This document shows positions 8,077 to 16,830 of a DNA stretch of 64,000 nucleotides, piece by piece; the first letter of the stretch is position 1; each line of letters opens with the position of its first letter. Source of the DNA: a virus; IMG/VR virus record IMGVR_UViG_3300042566_000599, positions 32,346 through 96,345 of that record. One strand, given 5' to 3'. The position numbers and the translations under genes were made by a program. The notes beneath the pieces were generated by a model. It worked only from the letters and a program-made list of their open reading frames with translations, had not been told where the DNA came from and did no database searches.

Positions 8077-9582
8077 TTATTGGTCTTCTATTGACCCAGA
8101 AATAATCTTTGTTACTGTATCTTCTTTAAGCGTCTCAGGCAACTCTTTTAATGCTTGAGCACGGTCACCAAAGATGGCGGAAAGCACTCCACCAGCACTC
8201 TGACGCTGGGCTGTAATCTGTATAAACTCTTTATTGGTCTCCATTTCCTTAACCTGATTGACCAGTTTGAATAGGCGGTCAATCTCCTGTGAGACGTTAG
8301 GGTCCGCATATCCGCCATTCATTTCTTCGGCAAAACGCATGAACGCCACACGCTGTCCTTGCATCTCAATTATGGCTGTGAGCAGGGATTTTAATTGTTC
8401 TTTAGTCTTTACCTCTACTGGAAGATTGAAGGCACAAGAATTATTAGGCTTGAAAGCAGGGCAATTAGCAGCGACAAAGCAAGTGTTGCACTGACGAATT
8501 GAACCACTCTGCGTTTGAACGACGGGTACATCTTTTAAAACATCCCTTCCATTCTCATCTGTTTCTACTACAGTCTTTATATTGAAGCCAAATACAGGTA
8601 AATTCTGCATCTCTTCAGGGGCTCTTTGAACCACTTCACTTCGCTCCACTTTCCTCCCTTCTACTCCACTGTTATCAGAAGGTACCCCCATCATTTCCAT
8701 CAAACCTGTCATTAGTGGGGTATCGCTGTTATCAGATACTTCCTCAATTTTGCCACCCTCAATGATGTGTAAATCAGGCTTCTTTTTATCCATTGACTTC
8801 TCCAACTGTAGATACGACCACACGGCAACTCTAGTGGCTTCAAGGGTACTATCTTTGACGAACTCTGAATAGTCTAGACCTGCGCCCTCAACAATTGCCT
8901 TGTATCGAAGCCTGGCTTGGTCTTTCATCTTCTTTGGATATCTAACTAACTTGGTCCCATCCCAGATGATTGTTTCGCCTCTTCTCATGGGCGATAACCA
9001 TGACAATGTGCTTGCTGTAGCAAATGGTATCTGTCTTAGGTTGTCTGGCTTGGCACACCCCAGAGCATGATAGCGAGTTCCAAACTGTCTTTCATAGGCT
9101 CTGGTTATGCCTGATAGGTTGGTGACTGATTCAATCTCTTCATTAGGTATTGCAATGTTTTGGAATTGCTGTGAAAGTTCTTTTAGGTTGAGTAGCCCGT
9201 ACTCTTGATGCCATATTACCCATAGTTTGGGGTCATTACTGAAAAAGGGACGTTGTTGTGCTACCCACTCTTGGCCCAAAATCTGTGAGTCGAATTCTTG
9301 AAAGGCCTCGGCTCTGTCAGCGTTATTGACCAAAAACTCCTGGTAGTCAGCAGCCAAGTCTAGTAACTCTTGTCTGGACAGGCCAGCCTTGTCCGCCTGA
9401 GATGCTCCAGACTCAATATAAACCTTTACATTACTATCAAAATGTTCAGAGATAAGCCAAGACTTTGTTTTAGGCAACCCACGTTTGCGTAAACCCCAAT
9501 AGTTGAGTCCCATCGACTCAACTTTGAGACCTTCAAGAAGGGTACGGTTACTTCCAACCTCTGTTCCTGAGAAGATAAGCAT
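8077..9582 (-). CDS. TGT/DpdA-like barrel protein fused to Cys4 and helical C-terminal domain
   Basis: YIESGA, VIWH, YHALG, PFATASTLSW..RRG resemble DSGAF/HGLG/SVDSTSW motifs; CNTC...NCP...C cluster. Confidence 0.55.
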   Translation of the reverse strand: MLIFSGTEVGSNRTLLEGLKVESMGLNYWGLRKRGLPKTKSWLISEHFDSNVKVYIESGASQADKAGLSRQELLDLAADYQEFLVNNADRAEAFQEFDSQILGQEWVAQQRPFFSNDPKLWVIWHQEYGLLNLKELSQQFQNIAIPNEEIESVTNLSGITRAYERQFGTRYHALGCAKPDNLRQIPFATASTLSWLSPMRRGETIIWDGTKLVRYPKKMKDQARLRYKAIVEGAGLDYSEFVKDSTLEATRVAVWSYLQLEKSMDKKKPDLHIIEGGKIEEVSDNSDTPLMTGLMEMMGVPSDNSGVEGRKVERSEVVQRAPEEMQNLPVFGFNIKTVVETDENGRDVLKDVPVVQTQSGSIRQCNTCFVAANCPAFKPNNSCAFNLPVEVKTKEQLKSLLTAIIEMQGQRVAFMRFAEEMNGGYADPNVSQEIDRLFKLVNQVKEMETNKEFIQITAQRQSAGGVLSAIFGDRAQALKELPETLKEDTVTKIISGSIEDQ

Positions 9583-10067
9583 TAGTCATCCCAGAGTTGT
9601 GCGTCTTTGGGCTGGGATGCATACTTTGACTTAGCAATATTAACTTTTGTAATAGCGTCCTCTATGTCTGACCATTTGCGAACTTTACTTGGAGCATCAG
9701 GCCTGTGTTCGATAGGTAAGTAACTTGGGTTACTCACCAGTAGTGTGGGTATACCTTGCTCCATAACCCAGGCACACATTGATGGGTCAGAGTCAACGTA
9801 CATCTCTACAGGAGCCTTTTGACGACTTAACTTAAATTGACGTTTCTTTAGGTCTTCTCCAGTCAAGTCAACAACGTTGTCCAGTAGGTCATCAAAACCA
9901 ATAATTCCGTGAGAGTTTAACCAGTGTTTTGCATCAGAAGAAGTGCCCTTAGTAATCAAGGCAACACGATGTAAATTATTTAATGCATAGTAAACCAGTA
10001 CACCCGCTCTGTTTGGTTCCCCAGATTCGGCTCTGAGCACTCCATCTAATGAAAATATTATGTTCAT
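9582..10067 (-). CDS. HAD-superfamily phosphatase-like protein
   Basis: IIFSLDGVL motif I (first Asp replaced by Ser), LIT, KK, YVDSDP motif IV. Confidence 0.6.
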   Translation of the reverse strand: MNIIFSLDGVLRAESGEPNRAGVLVYYALNNLHRVALITKGTSSDAKHWLNSHGIIGFDDLLDNVVDLTGEDLKKRQFKLSRQKAPVEMYVDSDPSMCAWVMEQGIPTLLVSNPSYLPIEHRPDAPSKVRKWSDIEDAITKVNIAKSKYASQPKDAQLWDD

Positions 10068-10071
10068 AAGC

Positions 10072-10509
10072 CTATTCCTTGTACCTTAATAAGTCGTTGT
10101 CTTTTATGTATTCAAAAATTTCTTTGTTAGTTTTGTTTAAGATATAACTAGGTATTGATAAAGAACTCAAAGAAGATACCCAACAATGTATTGACAAAAC
10201 ATAAAAACCTTCAGAACAAGAGTAGATACTAGGGTCTAACCGTGGTCTGTTAAGTAAAGCCTCTGTATTCTTTGGAACAACTACATATATAGGATTAAAC
10301 AAAGGTTCTTCGTCAGTAACAGAAGTTTGTGTTCCGCCAAAAATAGGGGGCAATCCCAAAGCATATCTGGTTGCTAACTCAAGATGAGTCGTGGCAAATG
10401 CTTGTGCTCCAATTTCAGGAATACTGTAACCAGGAGTTATAAGGGTACCTATTTCCATCTGGTGTGGGCTTCCGTGAAACAATTTTAATTCTCCAATATT
10501 TTGCTCCAT
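10072..10509 (-). CDS. Arr-like ADP-ribosyltransferase
   Basis: LFHGS...IGTLITPG...AFATT..A..YA...IYVVVP pattern. Confidence 0.6.
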   Translation of the reverse strand: MEQNIGELKLFHGSPHQMEIGTLITPGYSIPEIGAQAFATTHLELATRYALGLPPIFGGTQTSVTDEEPLFNPIYVVVPKNTEALLNRPRLDPSIYSCSEGFYVLSIHCWVSSLSSLSIPSYILNKTNKEIFEYIKDNDLLRYKE

Positions 10510-10518
10510 TTAGAGTTA

Positions 10519-11457
10519 CTAATCTCCGATTCGATAAGTTGCTGCTCTACGAATAAGGGTTTGAGTATCAGGCAATTCAACTCCATACGTCTCTTCTGCC
10601 TGCTTTCCCTCGTAAGCCTTTAAGTAGTCATGCATCTGACGAAGAGCGGGAACAGTCCCATACTTCTTTCCTGCTTGCCAACGATAATTATAGAAGTCGT
10701 CATAACCCTTACCAAATTCACCAAATGCAAGTTTGCGAGATTGATGGATGTCCTCAAATAACATCGCTCCCTGCTGTAGTGATTGCTGTAACTTGTACTC
10801 GGCATTACGACGTATAGCGTCATTAGGAGCAGACTGCACTTCAATCAATGCCCTTGAATAACGAGTAACAATATCCATAGCCATAGAACGGTCACGTTGT
10901 GTTGCTTTTTCCCATGCAGGATTACTTGGAGCAGTTGTTCGACGTGGAAATACTGTCCACTCATTGTGCTTTAAGTCATATGCTGCATACGGATGTATGG
11001 TGCGAATATCTGTAGCACCAGGATTTACATAAAAAGTTACTTCAAATCCATGCCAATTAGAAGTCTCTGGTTGTAAGTGATTTCTAAAGTCTTCATTAAG
11101 CATTTTACTAATTTCTGTATCAGACAATCCAACATATTCAGGATGGGCTCTACGGAACTGTACATAATCAACGCCAATCAACACATCCATGTCACCTGGG
11201 TCACGATGGGCTGACCATTGGTATGAGACTGCAGAACCTGCAATCCATGTGTGAGCCCAAAGGTCTGAGTGTCGGTACTGCTCATTCAAAAATCCAAATA
11301 GAAGTTGCAGAATTCCGTTCCGCACCCAGCCCTTGAGAACTGTGCCAGTAAATAACTGAGGGTCTAAATCTTCTTCTGGTTGTGAGAAGTACGAAGTAGA
11401 ACCTTGTTGAATCTCAACAGGCTCTGCTCCTTGTTCTATGCTTAACTGGCGTTTCAT
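10519..11457 (-). CDS. Pol-beta superfamily nucleotidyltransferase
   Basis: hGS...DMDVL motif (IAGSAVSYQW...GDMDVLIGVD); third acid in EVTFYVN. Confidence 0.75.
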   Translation of the reverse strand: MKRQLSIEQGAEPVEIQQGSTSYFSQPEEDLDPQLFTGTVLKGWVRNGILQLLFGFLNEQYRHSDLWAHTWIAGSAVSYQWSAHRDPGDMDVLIGVDYVQFRRAHPEYVGLSDTEISKMLNEDFRNHLQPETSNWHGFEVTFYVNPGATDIRTIHPYAAYDLKHNEWTVFPRRTTAPSNPAWEKATQRDRSMAMDIVTRYSRALIEVQSAPNDAIRRNAEYKLQQSLQQGAMLFEDIHQSRKLAFGEFGKGYDDFYNYRWQAGKKYGTVPALRQMHDYLKAYEGKQAEETYGVELPDTQTLIRRAATYRIGD

Positions 11458-11476
11458 ACGCCTAGTCTATGTCTCT

Positions 11477-11812
11477 TTAGGCTTTCGAGGTATCTATGCC
11501 ACGTTCAGAGAGTGCAGAACGCAGTTTTTCTTTTGCTTCATCGGCAGGATTTGCTGATAAAGCCATCAAAACAGACTTTGTAATACGGTCTGTTAATAGT
11601 AAAGATTCAATGTCCTCCACTATTTCGCGGCAAGAATGGAACACATCAAAAGTGCTTGCTTTACGTTGTACACGGTCTCCCTCTACAGCCTCTGTACTAA
11701 CCGCGCCGTCTTCATGAACCACTACGGTAAAAGCATATTGAAACCTTGGTTCAGGTCTTCCAAGGTCTTCCCAAGCCTTTTCTTTTTCTACGGGGTCGTT
11801 TATATGCTCCAT
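11477..11812 (-). CDS. Hypothetical protein
   Basis: 111 aa; coupled to upstream gene. Confidence 0.7.
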   Translation of the reverse strand: MEHINDPVEKEKAWEDLGRPEPRFQYAFTVVVHEDGAVSTEAVEGDRVQRKASTFDVFHSCREIVEDIESLLLTDRITKSVLMALSANPADEAKEKLRSALSERGIDTSKA

Positions 11813-12360
11813 TAACTCAACCCCATCAATTTTTGTTTACGTTGGGCTACACCAACTGCTACAGGACAAAAATCACACAAGTAAGTTTTTGGACCTACTT
11901 CGTCTTGGTATTTGCCCATACCTTCTGCTTTACGTTCTTTAACAGTATTTGGAACTAACATCTTCTCTTTTATGTGCCAATCAGCGCAGCCATCTTTCGG
12001 TTGGTTATGCGCTTTGTAGCACTGCATTGCACCTTCCATGAAGGTTGAACGAGATTCGTAAAACTTGTCATCAACCTCGTCAAGACCTTTAGAGCCTCCG
12101 CTTTTTAGTTGACGAATAATCTCTTTCTTCTTACTTGCGTCAGCCCAATACTTAATGGGTAAAACAAACAACTTTCCTTTGTGAGGGTCTCCTGATGGAA
12201 ATACGTGGTTTTCACAGGCAATGGCAAGAAGATAATCCTGTTCTACAGGACCTTCATAGGGAGGAAGTTCTTCAAGAGAATCACAGACTAGGCAATGTAA
12301 AAGCCTGAATACAGGACCGCCTACATCCTTCTTTTCTCCAAGTATAGGTATATTACTCAT
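11812..12360 (-). CDS. Hypothetical multi-Zn-binding protein
   Basis: CLVC, C..H, C...H..C and CDFC motifs; AAGGAG RBS. Confidence 0.7.
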   Translation of the reverse strand: MSNIPILGEKKDVGGPVFRLLHCLVCDSLEELPPYEGPVEQDYLLAIACENHVFPSGDPHKGKLFVLPIKYWADASKKKEIIRQLKSGGSKGLDEVDDKFYESRSTFMEGAMQCYKAHNQPKDGCADWHIKEKMLVPNTVKERKAEGMGKYQDEVGPKTYLCDFCPVAVGVAQRKQKLMGLS

Positions 12361-12412
12361 TGTGCTCCTTGTAGTAGTCCAGTTATCTTAACAGATAACT
12401 ACATAAGTTAGT

Positions 12413-12694
12413 TTAGTAGTCGTTGTCAGTTGGCTTTAGCCAAGCGTGAAGGTGATGTTGTTCGACGATAGCGTGTGCTGGAGCATGCTTCTCGCCTCTG
12501 TATAAGACACCTTCTGGAAGTTTAATCTTTGCGTCATGGTTTCCACGATTGACAGCGGAAATTGCACGCTTTGATGGGCCAAGCATGGAGGCAGGAACTG
12601 GTGGGTAGTGATTCCCTTGTAAATGAGCAAGAAGACCTAAGTCCTTGTTCTTGCCCTTCATTGAAGCAAATTCTTCAGCATGCATGTTTCCCAT
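12413..12694 (-). CDS. Hypothetical His-rich protein
   Basis: 93 aa in a tightly packed operon. Confidence 0.65.
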   Translation of the reverse strand: MGNMHAEEFASMKGKNKDLGLLAHLQGNHYPPVPASMLGPSKRAISAVNRGNHDAKIKLPEGVLYRGEKHAPAHAIVEQHHLHAWLKPTDNDY

Positions 12695-12696
12695 GG

Positions 12697-13020
12697 TTAT
12701 CCCTTCGCTCCGTCATGTCCATCAACAAAGTGTTGATTAATAGAACGCTTTATGTTCCCCTGTAACCGTGATGTTGTACGGCTGTATTTAAGGTCTGGAA
12801 CAACCCAACCCTGGTCTCCGTGCCATGCAACTGGAGTGTTGTATGACTTAACTACATATGATGGATTGTGTGAACGCATTGTTTCTGCGACATCTGACGG
12901 CAACATTCCTGTGCCATGTCCAACGTCTTCCATTGCACCACCACGGCTGCTTGGACCTACAAAAGGTTCTTTAGCAGCAACTGCTTCACCAAGATTCTTG
13001 TGTGTAACTCTTTTTGCCAT
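12697..13020 (-). CDS. Hypothetical phage protein
   Basis: SYNTPVAW...YSRTTS motif recurrent in phage proteins. Confidence 0.65.
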   Translation of the reverse strand: MAKRVTHKNLGEAVAAKEPFVGPSSRGGAMEDVGHGTGMLPSDVAETMRSHNPSYVVKSYNTPVAWHGDQGWVVPDLKYSRTTSRLQGNIKRSINQHFVDGHDGAKG

Positions 13021-13022
13021 AA

Positions 13023-13172
13023 TTAAAATCCTAACTCAACAGCGCAAGACTGACAGACTCGTCCTTGTCCTGCATAATCCATTGCGCCTTTGCCTCCACA
13101 ATTGTCACATTTCCAATTAGGGTTGTCACTAACTTTACGCTTTGGGTCATTGGAACGGTCTGGAACTCCCAT
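13023..13172 (-). CDS. 49-aa Zn-finger microprotein (not in ORF track)
   Basis: MGVPDRSNDPKRKVSDNPNWKCDNCGGKGAMDYAGQGRVCQSCAVELGF fills the gap between neighbours. Confidence 0.7.
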   Translation of the reverse strand: MGVPDRSNDPKRKVSDNPNWKCDNCGGKGAMDYAGQGRVCQSCAVELGF

Positions 13173-13174
13173 GA

Positions 13175-13378
13175 TTACTTACCTGGGTTTACTTTGTTTG
13201 GATACTCAGTAGTAGTAAAGCCATATCCATAGAATGGATGTAGAGACTGACGATTAGCCTCAGTTGCTGAGGTGTTCATTGCATTCTCTTCTGTGTCAGG
13301 GCGAACTTTACGGTACTTGCCGTCGGTTGCTCCTGCATCAAGGGATTTGTTCATCGAACGAGATGAGTTAACTGCCAT
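13175..13378 (-). CDS. Hypothetical protein
   Basis: 67 aa; packed operon. Confidence 0.65.
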   Translation of the reverse strand: MAVNSSRSMNKSLDAGATDGKYRKVRPDTEENAMNTSATEANRQSLHPFYGYGFTTTEYPNKVNPGK

Positions 13379-13573
13379 TTATTTGCCTTTCTTTCTTGAT
13401 TTAGGAGCAGACTTAATGCTTCCAGCACGGCCTGCAGCAAGTACAGATGCTCTGGCTTCCCAACTTTCTACAGAACGCTTCTTCTTTGTAGCACCTGGAA
13501 GATTAGTGCCGTACTTTTGAGTTAAAGACTCAATGCTAGGAAGAGCCGCTCCTCTGCGGTCGTTAAACATCAT
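13379..13573 (-). CDS. Hypothetical basic protein
   Basis: 64 aa, K/R-rich; overlaps neighbour. Confidence 0.6.
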   Translation of the reverse strand: MMFNDRRGAALPSIESLTQKYGTNLPGATKKKRSVESWEARASVLAAGRAGSIKSAPKSRKKGK

Positions 13574-13761
13574 TGCATTAATTCCTTTGCTCTCTTCTGC
13601 CGTTTGGCTGTAGTGCAGCCAGTGCAGTGCCCCTGGTTTGTTAGGAATTCTACAGGGTTAATTATCATCCCACAGGTTGGACAGTTGGAAGACCCATTGT
13701 ATCTTGTAAGATTTTCAGCCTGTAGTTCCACAGTTAGCATGCCATCGCCATCGTCAGCCAT
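13570..13761 (-). CDS. Small Zn-finger protein
   Basis: CPTC...CTGC; GGGAG RBS. Confidence 0.65.
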   Translation of the reverse strand: MADDGDGMLTVELQAENLTRYNGSSNCPTCGMIINPVEFLTNQGHCTGCTTAKRQKRAKELMQ

Positions 13762-13957
13762 TGTTCATCTCCCTACGCATTCTAGACTCAAACAAAACTT
13801 TTGAAAGCAGGTTAGCACCTGAAGTAGTTGCCTTGTACAGGGGATAGTCTCCCTCTAACTGAGAAACTGGAACGGCTGCGGCCCTCATTACTGCTCCGTG
13901 TTGTTCGGCTTGTGACATTCCTTTTTGCGCAAGAAAATCAGAAGAGTTATCAGCCAT
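13754..13957 (-). CDS. Hypothetical protein
   Basis: 67 aa; TAATG coupling. Confidence 0.6.
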   Translation of the reverse strand: MADNSSDFLAQKGMSQAEQHGAVMRAAAVPVSQLEGDYPLYKATTSGANLLSKVLFESRMRREMNNG

Positions 13958-14316
13958 TACTCACTCCCTAACGTGTTTCTAGATGCTCCAGTGTAGCCTG
14001 CTGGGCTTCCTGAGTACCATGAAGTGCGAGGTTCTACGTAGTTGCGGTCTACTGTTACAACATCATCAATGCCCACAGCACGACGGTCGTATCCATAGCG
14101 GTCTGGAAATAATCGAATCTGTGGAAGTGGTGGACGAACCATCTCTGCAATCTCTGTTCCAGGAATAGTTGCAACCATAAGTGCTTGCTGTGTTAGGCGC
14201 TCCATGTTAGAAGACCATGGACCGTTGTATTGCCAACGTTTTGCTACTTGGTCAGGTTGAACAGGAGCACGCCATGGCTTTGTGTGGTCATACACTCCAT
14301 CATACTTCTGCGTCAT
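13957..14316 (-). CDS. Hypothetical protein
   Basis: 119 aa; ATGA coupling. Confidence 0.7.
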   Translation of the reverse strand: MTQKYDGVYDHTKPWRAPVQPDQVAKRWQYNGPWSSNMERLTQQALMVATIPGTEIAEMVRPPLPQIRLFPDRYGYDRRAVGIDDVVTVDRNYVEPRTSWYSGSPAGYTGASRNTLGSE

Positions 14317-14975
14317 AGTGCACCTCTATGAGAAACCCAAGATACTGCTTGAGTTTTATTAGGGATGTCTACACCAAGTTGTTCAGAAGCAGACTTGTAT
14401 GCGTGCACAAAATGTTGATAACGACCCATAGCAGAAAGGCCGATGTCAGGCGACATCTTTCCTCCACCACCACGTGGTGTTGATTTACGCCCAGTTCCTA
14501 CAAAAGGATGTCCCATAGCAATGTCATAAGCATGACGGTCAATTGTTACTGGTTCTTTGTTACTTGGGTCGTGAATATTCTCAAAAAAACTACGGACTTT
14601 ATGTCCACCCAGTACTTCGTGTGGGTCTTCTCCACTGTGAATTCGTCTTGCTTTTTCTACGTTTGCTGGAAGAAGTGCTCCTGGTACAGAGCCTGTTGTT
14701 CTAAGTTCGTGTGCTTGAGCAACATTCTTATCCCAATCATTGAGAGGAGATAATGCAGCAAGAATTCCTGCTCCTTTACGAACGTCTCCACTACCAACTT
14801 TTTTGGCTTCGTCATGAGCACGCTCATACCACTCAGAACCGCCCTTAAGTAGTTCAGGACTAGACTGGTTATACTTATTTAAAATATTTTGAACATGAAC
14901 GTGAAACTGTTCTTGGGCTAAATTTTTATCCCAACTACCATGTTCGTTAACTCCAAAGAATGCCATTATTGCCAC
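14313..14975 (-). CDS. HhH/DNA-glycosylase-like phage protein
   Basis: WYERA...ILAALSP..W..N...KVRSFFENI...VTIDRHA motifs. Confidence 0.55.
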   Translation of the reverse strand: MAIMAFFGVNEHGSWDKNLAQEQFHVHVQNILNKYNQSSPELLKGGSEWYERAHDEAKKVGSGDVRKGAGILAALSPLNDWDKNVAQAHELRTTGSVPGALLPANVEKARRIHSGEDPHEVLGGHKVRSFFENIHDPSNKEPVTIDRHAYDIAMGHPFVGTGRKSTPRGGGGKMSPDIGLSAMGRYQHFVHAYKSASEQLGVDIPNKTQAVSWVSHRGAL

Positions 14976-15499
14976 GCAGGTTTCAAATAAGCCATCATGT
15001 TTTGACGGCGTACATCAATTTGACCTGGAGCATCTGATACTAAATTTGACTTACCATCATTTACTAGGTGTGGAGCAGGAGTTAGTTGAGTTTGTGGAGC
15101 AAAACGCGGTGCACGGTAAACTACCGCACCTTTGCTTGCGTCTGCTTGTGCCAACATTTGACGACGAATACCCATATCTGACGTAAACTCTTGAGGCCAA
15201 AAGTACATAGATGGCTCAATACGTTCACCTTTATGAACACCTCGTTGATAAGCCTTTTGATTTACACGACTCTTTACTGAGTCAAGAAGTCTGTCATCTC
15301 GACGTGAGCGGATTGTTCCTAAATAACCGTCTGGATACTCAGCAGATGGGACGCGGCCAACACCAATACGTGTTGCATCCAGAAGGTCACGAGCAACTGG
15401 AGTTCCTGCCCCACCCTGGTTGTTATAACCAGCAAGTCCTCCGCCACCTAATGATTGCCAGTTTTGACTAGCGGAAAAGTTATTAGCGCCTGTAGGCAT
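14966..15499 (-). CDS. Hypothetical protein
   Basis: 177 aa; coupled genes. Confidence 0.7.
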   Translation of the reverse strand: MPTGANNFSASQNWQSLGGGGLAGYNNQGGAGTPVARDLLDATRIGVGRVPSAEYPDGYLGTIRSRRDDRLLDSVKSRVNQKAYQRGVHKGERIEPSMYFWPQEFTSDMGIRRQMLAQADASKGAVVYRAPRFAPQTQLTPAPHLVNDGKSNLVSDAPGQIDVRRQNMMAYLKPAWQ

Positions 15500-16077
15500 C
15501 AGACACCTCTTCCTCTACGGTTCTTTGCAATCTTTGCATAAACTTCATTAATAGAAATTGGCTTTCCTCGTAAACGTGCGCCACGACTAATGTGAGATTG
15601 CTCAGCAAACTCCATAGCCTTTGGTTTTGGCTCCATACGTTCAGCAGCACTCGACCCTGTTGAAGTACTACGAAATTCTGGATTAGATTCAATGCCCCTT
15701 AATTGACGGCTAAAATAAAGGTTGCCACCTTCTGGACGACGAGTATCCGTACCACCGAGGTCATAACCAGCAATCTGCTTATCACGTTCTCCTGCTGAAC
15801 GAGCAGACTCTAAACTTGTGTGCTTTTGACTTACGTCTTGAAATATTTTATTACCAGATTTCCAAGCACCCTGATAGTCACTACTAGTTGCTTGTACTTC
15901 ATGTTCTTTTCTAAAAGACTTTGCTTGTTCAGGAGTTAACGGAGCATCTGTTATCTTTTCAGCACCTGGTTTTGAGACCATAATGCCAGGTCCTTTTGCA
16001 GGTTGAAAGGTTCGTAAATTGCGGCTTGCTCCGCCTTCATTTGCTAGTTTTGCAAATTCAGAATTACTCAGCACCAC
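15499..16077 (-). CDS. Hypothetical protein
   Basis: 192 aa; coupled genes. Confidence 0.7.
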   Translation of the reverse strand: MVLSNSEFAKLANEGGASRNLRTFQPAKGPGIMVSKPGAEKITDAPLTPEQAKSFRKEHEVQATSSDYQGAWKSGNKIFQDVSQKHTSLESARSAGERDKQIAGYDLGGTDTRRPEGGNLYFSRQLRGIESNPEFRSTSTGSSAAERMEPKPKAMEFAEQSHISRGARLRGKPISINEVYAKIAKNRRGRGV

Positions 16078-16333
16078 GACCTACCCCCTTGTCAGAACGA
16101 GGCAAACTAGGGGTAGCGTCATCATCAAACTTGTACACAGAACCAGAACTCTTTTTTGAGTAAGGTAGAGGTCCGCCCTTACCCATATCACGGGTACGCC
16201 AAGCAGTGCGTTGTTCATAGGTTCCGCGAGTAGCAGAACCGTACGATACTGGTGACTCTATTTCAGGAGTGACTGGCGTAACAATGCTGTTGTCATCCCC
16301 GAACTGTGAATAAGAACGAGGTTGTGTTGGCAC
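16064..16333 (-). CDS. Hypothetical protein
   Basis: 89 aa; GTG start. Confidence 0.55.
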   Translation of the reverse strand: MPTQPRSYSQFGDDNSIVTPVTPEIESPVSYGSATRGTYEQRTAWRTRDMGKGGPLPYSKKSSGSVYKFDDDATPSLPRSDKGVGRGAE

Positions 16334-16335
16334 TT

Positions 16336-16794
16336 TTAGTTACCGTTGTCCATCCCGTATGTGAAGTCAGCACTTTGACGTCCACGAACTGAAGGAACAA
16401 CTTTTGCATTTGAAAGAGTTGCTGATGCTTCAATTGAGTGAACTGCTGGAAACTTTGCTCCAACAACATAGCGAGCACCCATACGCTCAGACTGTGCTGC
16501 ATTTCCTGCAGGAACATTCTTGCGATTTGCTTTGTTCATAATTGTTGGGTCGCCAGCCTGTGTGTTCTTCTTAGGCATCAGTTTTCCACGTAGTGGTTTT
16601 GCACTGATGTTAGTTACACCAGAGTAGTCTGTGCCTACGTAACGACGTGGACTCGACATGTGTGCTGCTGATGCTAAAACTTCTTCTGGGGTGTCAATAC
16701 TTCTGTTTTTCATAGTACCTACCGATTCGAGATGACTTGTAGGAGCACCCATGCGACGGCGCATTGCGTGACCCATTCCTGACCAAGTTGCCAT
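16336..16794 (-). CDS. Hypothetical basic protein
   Basis: 152 aa; AAGGGAG RBS. Confidence 0.7.
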   Translation of the reverse strand: MATWSGMGHAMRRRMGAPTSHLESVGTMKNRSIDTPEEVLASAAHMSSPRRYVGTDYSGVTNISAKPLRGKLMPKKNTQAGDPTIMNKANRKNVPAGNAAQSERMGARYVVGAKFPAVHSIEASATLSNAKVVPSVRGRQSADFTYGMDNGN

Positions 16795-16830
16795 AATAAC
16801 TCCCTTGCTTACTCCAAGGATAAGCCCGTT

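Noticed and set aside
8077-9582. Functional 7-deazaguanine DNA modification pathway
   Set aside because: Catalytic aspartates appear substituted and no preQ0 synthesis genes are in the window
10072-10509. Rifampicin resistance gene
   Set aside because: Only generic ART motifs are visible; substrate cannot be inferred
12381-12400. Inverted repeat AGTTATCT-TAAC-AGATAACT
   Set aside because: Single AT-rich copy with no U-tract or second occurrence; no function supportable
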